DNA of 64,000 bases from Mobula birostris (taxonomy: Eukaryota). Under the pieces are notes generated by a model. That model made no database searches and was not told the DNA's origin. It worked only from the letters and a program-made list of their open reading frames with translations. Position 1 is the stretch's first letter; each line of letters begins with the position of its first letter. Location of the stretch: positions 22,807,130 through 22,871,129 of the forward strand of contig NC_092379.1 of the NCBI RefSeq assembly GCF_030028105.1. The letters are read 5' to 3'. A program made the position numbers and the translations under genes. Shown piece after piece: positions 24,626 through 33,534 of this stretch.

Positions 24626-25239
24626 GCACCTCTTCCTAGAAGATGCTGCCTGGCCTGCTGTGTTCACCAGCAACTTTTATGTGTGTTGCAAGTTAGAAAA
24701 GTGTTTAATTGGAGTAAGGAGAATTAGGAGGTTATCAGGCAGGAACTTGGAAGCTTAAATTGGGAACAGATGTTCTCGGGAAAGGTATGGAAGAAATGTG
24801 GCAAATGTTCAGGGGATATTTGTGTAGAGTTCTGCATAGGTACATTCCAATGGGACAGGGAAGTTATGGTAGGGTACAGGAAACGTGGTGTACAAAGGCT
24901 GCAGTAAATCTAGTCAAGAAGAAAAGAAAAGCTTATGAAAGGTTCAGAGAGCTAGGTAATGTTAGAGATCTAGAAGATTATAAGGCTAACAGGAAAGAGC
25001 TTAAGAAGGAAATTAGGAGAGCCAGAAGGGGCTATGAGAAGGCCTTGGCGGGCAGGATTAAGGAAAATCCCAAGGCATTCTACAAGTATGTGAAGAGCAA
25101 GAGGATAAGACGTGAATGAATAGGACCTATCAAATGTGACAGTGGGAAAGTGTGTATGGAACCGGAGGAAATAGCACAGGTACTTAATGAATACTTAGCT
25201 TCAGTATTCACTACAGAAAAGGATCTTGGTGATTATAGG

Positions 25240-26455
25240 CGCAAACAACAGGAATTCTGCAGATGCTGGAAATTCAAGCAACACACACCAAAGTCGCTGG
25301 TGAATGCAGCAGGCCAGGCAGCATCTCTAGGAAGAGGTGCAGTCGAAGTTTCAGGCCGAGACCCTTCGTCAGGACTAACTGAAGGAAGAGTGAGTAAGAG
25401 ATTTGAAAGTTGGAGGGGGAGGGAGAGATCCAAAATGATAGGAGAAGACAGGAGGGGGAGGGATGGAGCCAAGAGCTGCATAGGTGATTGGCAAAAGGGA
25501 TACAAGAGGATCATGGGACAGGAGGTCCGGGAAGAAAGAAAATGAGAGGGGGGAACCCAGAGCATGGGCAAGGGGTATATTCAGAGAGACAGAGGGAGAA
25601 AAAGGAGAGTGAGAGAAAGAATGTGCGTATAAAAATAAGTAACAGATGGGGTACGAGGGGGAGGTGGGGCATTAGCGGAAGTTAGAGAAGTCGATGTTCA
25701 TGCCATCAGGTTGGAGGCTACCCAGACGGAATATAAGGTGTTGTTCCTCCAACCTGAGTGTGGCTTCATCTTTACAGTAGAAGAGGCCGTGGATAGACAT
25801 GTCAGAATGGGAATGGGATGTGGAATTAAAATGTGTGGCCACTGGGAGATCCTGCTTTCTCTGGCGGACAGAGCGTAGGTGTTCAGCAAAGCGGTCTCCC
25901 AGTCTGCGTCGGGTCTCGCCAATGCATAAAAGGCCACATCGGGGACACCGGACGCAGTATATCACCCCAGCCGACTCACTGGTGAAGTGTCGCCTCACCT
26001 GGAAGGACTGTTTGGGGCCCTGAATGGTGGTAAGGGAGGAAGTGTAAGGGCATGTGTAACACTTGTTCCGATTACACGGATAAGTGCCAGGAGGGAGATC
26101 AGTGGGGAGGGATGGGGGGGACGAATGGACAAGGGAGTCGCGTAGGGCGTGATCCCTGAGGAAAGCACAGAGGGTGGGGAGAGAAAGACGTGCTTAGTGG
26201 TGGGATCCCATTGGAGGTGGCGGAAGTTACAAAGAATAATATGTTGGACCCGGAGGCTGGTGGGGTGGTAGGTGACGACCAGGGGAACCCTACTCCTAGT
26301 GGGGTGGCAGGAGGATGGAGTGAGAGCAGATGTACGTGAAATGGGGGAGATGCGTTTAAGAGCAGAGTTGATAGTGGAGGAAGGGAAGCCCCTTTCTTTA
26401 AAAAAGGAGGACATCTCCCTTGTCCTAGAATGAAAAGCCTCATCCTGAGAGCAGA
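25240..26455 (-). mobile_element. Penelope-like element, 5'-truncated, with 10-bp TSD
   Basis: TSD tgattatagg at 25230-25239 and 26456-26465. GIY-YIG ORF 25672-25998 (VIYCVRCPRCGLLCIGETRRRLGDRFAEH). Hammerhead motif at 25341-25376 with a GAAAC-TTC substitution. Confidence 0.93.
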
Positions 26456-26630
26456 TGATTATAGGGATGACGTGCAGTGGACTGAAAAGCTTGAGAATGT
26501 AGATATTAAGAAAGAGGATGTGCTGGAGCTTTTGGAAAGCATCAAGTTGGATAAGTCGCCGGGACCGGATGAGATGTACCCCAGACTACTGTGGGAGGCG
26601 AGAGAGGAGATTGCTGAGCCTCTGCAATGA

Positions 26631-26990
26631 CCTGTACATCATCAATGTGGTCCTCACAGGTTAATGTCTGTGCTGCACCTTGTCACACAATATCATACTC
26701 TCCTGTCTATATTTCAGGTTCAGCAGTGACCAGCAGACACACGCCCCACATTCAGTCAAGAGATCCCCGTGTGGCTGCGATGTTTGGAAATGGAGTCTCC
26801 ATCTCACTCACTCGGCAATCCGAGGCTACTGCACTGCAACTGCTCATTTCAGGAAATAAACCTCTAAATGTACCGGGGATGCCAGATGGGAAATGGGGGC
26901 ACAGAGCCGGTTCGGTGGGCGGAGGGACAGCGGTGGATGATACATTGGGAAAATGGCAGGATATGTGACACTGGAGGGGGTTTACAGGAG
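26631..26990 (+). pseudogene. Decayed leader plus V exon, light-chain/TCR-like
   Basis: Leader remnant LYIINVVLT-G, donor GT at 26660, 58-nt intron, acceptor ttcAG at 26717 (phase 1). Then IQS..P.V....GNGVSIS, a deletion of Cys1-CDR1-Trp, RQSEATALQLLI, PGMPD (26873-26887) and T...WQ..DTG. The YYC is destroyed and there is no RSS. Confidence 0.55.
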
Positions 26991-27422
26991 GGGAGAGGAA
27001 GGCAGGGTTGAGGCTTGGGAATGGGGAGCAGGGGAATGGGGGTGTGTTTAGTGATGGAGAAGAGGGAGTTGAGGAAGTGGTTATTATTGTTATGGAGCAA
27101 GAAGTTGACATGGGGAGGGGGAGTGTGGTGGAGGATGTTCTGTCAAATTCTGTAAATCAAATGTTGTGGAAGTCATTGCCTATAGCTTTTCTTCCAGTTT
27201 TCCACTGGAGTTTATGTCATGTCATGATTTGAAATTGTATTCATTAAAAACAAAGAAAAGGAGAACATGAAGTGATTGGAGTTGATGAAACGTAGGGAAG
27301 CCATTCAGCCCATCTTAGTTCCCTCATCACTGCAGAGATTCCATCTGCCTCCACGTACGAGTGGGTAATGCAACCCGGGACAAATATCGGAGAGATTCCC
27401 AGCCAGTAATATATGAGTGTAG

Positions 27423-27680
27423 CCCCACACGTACTGCTCATGTTCATAAGGGATTTCTCACAGTGGGAACACTGGGGTGCTGCACCCCGAGAAAGATATT
27501 CAGGAAAACACAGAGGCTCATTGGAAGAGTTTATCAGAACCTTGTTATACATCCCAGAGCAAGATGTTGATGGAATGTTTCATAATGAGTGTCTCAATCC
27601 GTATTTCAACACATTATTTGAATGCTCCCCACTCCATGCCCCAGAAAAATGTGAGTACAGGAGCTTCTCCATTGCACACA
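27423..27680 (+). pseudogene. Decayed C1-set Ig constant exon
   Basis: Ordered motifs across frameshifts: APHVLL, TLGC (Cys 27478), HWK (Trp 27522), PEQDVDGMF, IMSVSIRIST (cf. IASYVLTVST) and FECSPLHAPEK (Cys 27623; cf. FRCTVSHPPSK). Confidence 0.55.
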
Positions 27681-27830
27681 CAATCTCCCTTCAATGTCTC
27701 AGCTGAAAGGCAGCAGCTCTGTCCCTCTGTACAACAGTGAACTGCCAAGACAGCCTGAATTTCTGTTCTCACATCACTGAAAAGTGACTCAACAGCATCA
27801 GTGCCCTGGAACAGAACTCACTGTGGGGAC
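27680..27830 (-). mobile_element. Old Deu-domain SINE remnant
   Basis: Reverse-strand gtgagaacagaaattcaggctg...gctgcctttcagctgagacattgaa resembles the Deu-domain consensus of shark SINEs (recalled, not searched). Confidence 0.5.
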
Positions 27831-28130
27831 CAAAGGCTTTGGCCTGCTCGGTGTTTAGCTGAAGGAAACTCTGTGCATCCTGCAGCATCCCCCATCAGAG
27901 AGTGTGGAGCTGTTGGTACAAGTACAGGTGACTCAGAACTGGAGATCGACCATGTACATGTTTTAATGTGATGTCAGCAGGAGAGAGCATTCTGAAAAAA
28001 TATGCCAATGCAGGAAAATACAACAGATACTGGGGTAAACACATTCAGAGCAGAAAACATAAACACTTACTAATTAATGCAAACCAAGAATAGAAGAGAA
28101 TACAACAGCTGTCTCAGTGATGAACACCAG
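27825..28130 (+). pseudogene. Possible decayed TCR-like V exon
   Basis: AEGNSV-[fs]-SC (Cys 27881), WYK 11 codons later (27914), and YNSCLSD at 28101-28121 resembling YYCALSD. The Trp-to-Cys2 spacing is somewhat long and there is no convincing RSS. Confidence 0.35.
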
Positions 28131-28189
28131 CATTTATTTGAGCAGAGCAAGTCCAAGGGACAGACATTGGAGGAAGGCACAGATATTGA

Positions 28190-30470
28190 AGGAATGTACT
28201 CCAGGAATAGACAATGGGCAGGTATTCAGATTTCTGGATCATTGGGACCTCTTCTGGGGCAGGTGTGATCTGTACAAAAAGAACGGGTTACACTTGAATC
28301 CAAGGGGGACCAATATTCTGGTGGGAAGGTTTGCTGAGGCTATTGGGGAGAACTTAAACTAGAATTGCTGGGGGGTGGGAACCGAACTGAAGTGACGGGG
28401 GAAAGAGAGGTTGGGTCACAAATAGAGAAAGTTTGGAGACAGTGAGAAAGAGAGAATAGGCTGGTGATAGAGAAGGGATGCACTCACTCCAATGGTTTGA
28501 GATGTGTCTATTTTAATGTGAGGAGTATTATGAATAAAGTGGAAGAGCTTAAAGCATGGATCAGCACTTGAAGTTAAGATGTTGTGGCCATTACAGAGAT
28601 TTGGATGATGCAGGAGCAGGAATGCCTACTTCAAGTGCCAGGCTTTAGATGTTTCAGAAAGGATAGGGAGGGTGGCAAAAGAGGTGGGGGCGTGGCACTG
28701 CTGATCAGTGATAGAGTCATGGCTGCAGAAAAGGAGGAAGTCATGGAGGGTTTGTCTACGAAGTCTCTGTGGGTGGAAATTAGGAATAGGAAGGGGTCAA
28801 TAACTCAACTGGGTGTTTTTATAGACCACCCAATAGTAACAGGGACATCAAGGAACAGATAGGGAGACAGATTCTGGAAAGGAGTAATAATAACAGGATT
28901 GTTGTGGCGGGAGATTATAATTTCCCAAACATTGATTGGCATCTCCCTCGAGTGAGGGGTTTAGACGGGGTGGAGTTTGTTAGGTGTGTTCAGGAAGGTT
29001 TCTTGACACAATATGTAGACAAGCCTACAAGAGGAGAGGCTGTACTTGATCTGGTATTGGGAAATGAACCTGGTCAGGTGTCAGGTCTCTCAGTGGTTGT
29101 CACAATGGGGGCGTTGGGAATGGACCCAAATGCAAGACACAGGCAAGGAACAGGACTTGACTAGATTAGGGATGTGACAGGGTACAGACAAGGAGCAGGG
29201 ACAAGAATGCAGACTTGGGCTTGGGCCCCGAGCTAGAGACTGGACAAGGAGCCAGAACCTGGGTCTTGCCTCGGGCTCGGGCTCCAGAACCAGGCAAGAA
29301 CATGACATGACTACAGGCAGGACGTGGCTGGGGTCTAGAGGCTTGGGACTGCAGGCTGGGGTCTTGGTCTTCAGACATGGAGGCTGGGGTCTACAGGCTT
29401 GGGTTCACTAGTCAGTATTCACAACAGAAAAGGATCTTGGTGATTGTAGGGATGACTTGCAGTGGACTGAAAAGCTTGAGAATGTAGATATTAAGAAAGA
29501 GGATGTGCTGGAGCTTTTGGGAAGCATCAAGTTGGATAAGTCGCTGGGACCGGATGAGATGTACCCCAGACTACTTTGGGAGGCGAGGAAGGAGATTGCT
29601 GAGCCTCTGCAATGATCTTTGCATCATCAATGAGGACGAGAGAGGTTCCGGAGGACTGGAGGGTGGCAGTTGTTGTTCCCTTGTTCAAGAAAGGGAGTAG
29701 AGATAGCCCAGGAAATTATAGACCAGTGAGTCTTACTTCAGTGGTTGGTAAGTTGATGGAGAAGATCCTGAGAGGCAGGATCTATGAACATTTGGAGAGG
29801 TATAATATGATTAGGAATAGTCAGCATGGCTTTGTCAAGGGCAGGTCGTGCCTTACAAGCCTAATTGAATTTTTTGAGGATGTGACTAAACACATTGATG
29901 TAGGAAGAGCAGTAGATGTAGTGTATATGGATTTCAGCAAGGCATTTGATAAGGTACTCCATGCGAGGCTTATTGAGAAAGTAAGTAGGCATGGGATCCA
30001 AGGGGGCATTGCTTTATGAATCCAGAACTGGCTTGCCCACAGAAGGCAAAGAGTGGTTAGAGACAGGTCACATTCTGCATGGAGGTCGGTGACCAGTGGT
30101 ATGCTTCAGGGATCTGTTCTGGGACCCTTACTCCGTGATTTTTAAAAATGACCTGGATGAGGAATGGAGGGATGGGTTATGAAGTTTGCTGATGACACAA
30201 AGTTTGGGGGTGTTCTGGTTAGTGTGGAGGTCTGTCAGAGTTTACAACGGGACATTGATAGGATGCAAAACTGGGCTGAGAAGTAGCAGATGGAGTTCAA
30301 CCCAGATAAGTGTGAGGTGGTTCATTTTGGTAGGTCAAATATCATGGCAGAATATAGTATTAATTGTAAGACTCTTGGCAGTGTGGAGGATCAGAGGGCT
30401 CTTGGGGTCCGAGTCCAGAGGACACTCAAAGCTGTTACGCAGGTTGACTCTGTGGATAAGAAGGCAGGCA
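28190..30470 (+). mobile_element. CR1 (ORF1 end to RT), with an LTR fragment at 29098-29410 and an internal deletion
   Basis: Collinear with 23600-26630. RT peptides HGFVKGRSCLTSLIEFF and MDFSKAFDKV. Confidence 0.9.
29098..29410. mobile_element. Truncated LTR fragment related to the solo LTR at 37105-38219
   Basis: It starts TGTCACA and shares ggacccaaa.gcaagaca and the ggact/ggaac-rich body. Confidence 0.65.
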
Positions 30471-30624
30471 GCTTGTACAAAGTGCAGGCAGCTTGTCAGA
30501 GCCAGTATCTGACCCTGTGCTCTGTGGGGTGGGAGGGAGAAATGAGGCAGCAGATTAGAGGTTTGAAAAGTTTGAAATGAGCTAAGGGAAGGTGGAAGGA
30601 GAGAGAGAGAAGCAGGAAGGACAA

Positions 30625-30827
30625 GGACAGAGAGATCACAGTGTAAGAGGGAGAGACTCTCCAAGGCCTGGATACCAGACTAATATCCAAATCTGTGCCA
30701 TGTTCCTCACTTCCTGCTCTGCACCCTGTGTTCCAGACACTGGGAATCTCCACGACTTTGTGGCTCTCCAAAATCTGATCCAAGTATATTTTTGCACAAT
30801 ACTGCATTTGGGGGCATTCCCACAGAG
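30625..30827 (+). pseudogene. Decayed light-chain-like V exon with heptamer-like CACAGAG
   Basis: GQR..IT-C (Cys 30642), TGG-a-TAC-CAG (WYQ with +1, 30669), PCVPD (30724-30738; one base from PGVPD), DF..LQNL and VYFC (Cys 30793). Eight codons later comes CACAGAG (30821), with no nonamer. Confidence 0.5.
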
Positions 30828-30949
30828 ACGGACTGAGAATTATTCCTTTCAATCTCATCCAAATGACTGCTCTTACCTGGATGAAGGAAGCCTCTCATTG
30901 ATGGGAATCGATCCCATATTCCTGAGTATTAGATGACAGCTGACACTAA

Positions 30950-33200
30950 AACAGATGGTATTGTGGGGAGAGAAGAAGGTTAGCAACAATTACAGTGGGA
31001 TCTTGATCAGCTGGGTAGGTGAGATGAGGAATTACAAATAGAGTAGAATTCAGATGAGGATGTCTCAGAGCGATTGCAGAACATTCTCAGTGAGGAGGGT
31101 GAGCAAACAGAAGTGGTTGCACACATTGGCTCAAATGACAATTGGAAGAAAAAATGGATGTACTGCTGTGCAGTGAATATAGGGAGAAAGAAAAGATGGT
31201 AAAATATAAGACCCCAACAGTGGTCATCTCTGGATTATTCCAAATGCCATGTGCAGGTGAAGTTGAAAATTGAACATATCATAGATTAGTACATTGCTGA
31301 AACCTTGCACAGGGAGCAGGAATTCAGTTCAGTTCAGCAATTCAAGAAGGGTTACAATTAAAAATAAAATGTTGGGAACTATAGATGAGCAAACCCAATA
31401 TCTATGGTAGGAAGCTAATATAACAGAGCAAAAACTGGTGAGAAATTAGAATGGGAAGATTTTAGAAACATCAGAAGGCAATTTACAAAAACAAAGAGGC
31501 AAAACATCGAATACAAAAGTAAGTTAGCCAATAATATTGAAGAGGTTACCAAAAGATTCTACAGATACATAAAGTGTAAAAGAGAGGTGAGGATGGATAT
31601 TAGACCACTGGAAAACATTGCTGGAGACGTAGTAATCAGGGACAAAGAAATGATGGACAAACTGAACAAGTATTTTCCATCAGTCTTCACTGTGGAAGGC
31701 ACGAGCAGTATGGTGGAACTTCGAGAGTGTTGGGGGCAGGAGTGGGTGATGCTCCTGCTACTTGGCTGAAGAGACTGTGGAGGCATTAGTAATGATCTTT
31801 CACAAAACACTAGATTCTGGAATGGTTCTGGAAGACTGGAAAATTCCAAATTTCACGTTGCTTTTCAAGAAGGAAAGAGGCAGAAGAAAGGAAATTGTAG
31901 GCCAGTTATTCTGACCTCAGGGCTTGGGAAGAAGTTGGAGTCGATTGCTAAGGTTGTGGTTTCCGGGTACTTGGAGGCACACGATAAAATCAGCTGTAGT
32001 CAGCATGGTTTTCTCAAGGAACACCTTGCCATAGAAATCTGTTGGAATTCTTTGAAGAAATATCAAGTAGAACAGACAAAGGAGAATTGGTGGATATTGT
32101 GTACTTGGATCTTCAGAAGGCCTTTGACAATGTGCAGTACATGAGGCTGCTTAACAAGTTAAGAGCTCATGGTATTACATGAAAGACAGTAGCAGGGATA
32201 AAGTGGCAAGAGGAAAAGAATGGGAATAAAGGGAGCCTTTTCTGTTTGGCTGCTGGTGACCAGTGGTGGGACTGCTCCCTTTAACATAAAATGTCAGAGT
32301 CTTGGGTGACAGGATTGGTGGCTTTGTTGCAATGTCTGCACATGATACAAGATGGGTGGAGGGGCAGGTAGCTTTGAGGAAGTACAGAGGCTACAGAAGG
32401 ACGAAGCCAGATTGGTAGAATGGGCAATGAACTGGCAGATGGAATACAATGTTCAGAATTGTACGGTCATGCACTTTGGAAGAAGAAATAAAAAGGAAAG
32501 ACAATTTTCAAAATGGACAGAAAATTCAAAAATCTGAGGTGCAAATGAACTTGGGAATCATTGTGTGGGCTTCCCTAAAGGTTAATTTGCAGGTTGAGTG
32601 GGTGGTGAGGAAGGCAAAAGTGATGTCAGCATTCATTTGAAGAGGACTACAAGATAAAAGCAAGGATGTAATGTTGAGGCTTTACAAAGCACTGGTGAGG
32701 CCTAACGGAGTACTGTGAGCAATTTTGGGCCCCTTATCTGAGAAAAAATGTGCTGACATTGTGGGGAGTTCAAAGGAGATTCTCAAAAATGATCCTGGGA
32801 TTGAAAGGCTCGTCACATGGAGAGCATTTCACGTGCTCACTGGAATTCAGAAGAATGAAGGGTGACCTTATTGAAACCGATCAAATGTTGAATAGCCATG
32901 TTAAAAGTGGATGTGGAGAGGATGTTTCCCATGACTGGAGAGTCTAAGACCAGATGGCATAGCCTCAGAATAGGGGGGTTTATTTTAGAAGATGAATTCA
33001 CTGCCACAGGCGGCTGCGGAGGCCAAGTCTCAGCATAGTCAAGGTAGAGGTTGATAGATTCTTGATTAATCAGGGTATGAAGAGATATGGGTAGCAGACA
33101 GACAATTGGGGCTGAGAGGGAAAATGGATCAGCCATGATAAAATGACTCGATGGGCCAAATGGTCTTGGGGTAGATTAGGATTAGTGAGCAAGGCTCTGT
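30950..33200 (+). mobile_element. Old CR1 fragments (ORF1 remnant, ORF2 RT to 3' UTR)
   Basis: Peptides PLENIAGDVVIRDKEM, HDKISCSQHGFL and VQRRFSKMI. Confidence 0.8.
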
Positions 33201-33299
33201 GTGTGACAGATTATGTCTCATGGATTTCCTCTGTTTAGTCCTGCTCCACCTTCCATAAGACCATAAGGTTTCTCTCTTTCTGTTCCCATTAGTTCATTC

Positions 33300-33530
33300 C
33301 TCATCTACTAGGGCATAGTAGTTTAGTAGGAATGGCTCCAGGGGCAGTGTTTTGCACTCTGTGTGGGATGTGGGAAGTCAGGGAGACTCCAGTCTCCCAG
33401 GTGAACACATCCGCTCCAGGTGCACCGAGTTGCAGCAACTGAGAGAATGTATTCAGGAACTGGAATGCAGTGATGATAGGAGATTCCTCAGACAGCGGGA
33501 CAGAGACAAGGTTCTGTGGGCATGATTGAA
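33300..33530 (+). mobile_element. CR1 ORF1 5' fragment, paralogous to 11290-11692
   Basis: It shares the unusual deleted string ggaatgcagtgatgataggagattcctcagacag with the copy near 11525. Confidence 0.7.
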
Positions 33531-33534
33531 TGTC

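Larger units (their letters stand above)
21893..26630 (+). mobile_element. CR1 LINE with 5' UTR, ORF1 (Cys-rich N-terminus plus SGNH-esterase-like part) and ORF2 N-half, carrying three nested insertions
   Basis: CpG-rich 5' UTR 21893-22130. ORF1 peptides CARCQMWE...HICTRCVELQLL and VVIGDSIVRG; endonuclease peptide AITETW...GGGVALLI. Truncated at 26630. Confidence 0.9.

Noticed and set aside
27340-27410. W..QPGT peptide upstream of the C relic, resembling a J segment
   Set aside because: It lacks the F/W-G-x-G spacing, the terminal TV motif, a donor and an RSS.
27460-27498. CACAGTG followed by 23 bp (possible RSS)
   Set aside because: The nonamer position reads GAGAAAGAT, and the heptamer lies inside the C-exon relic rather than after a V or D segment.
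30775-30800. Minus-strand QYCAK resembling a VH end
   Set aside because: There is no heptamer or upstream framework on that strand; it is the reverse complement of the plus-strand VYFC.
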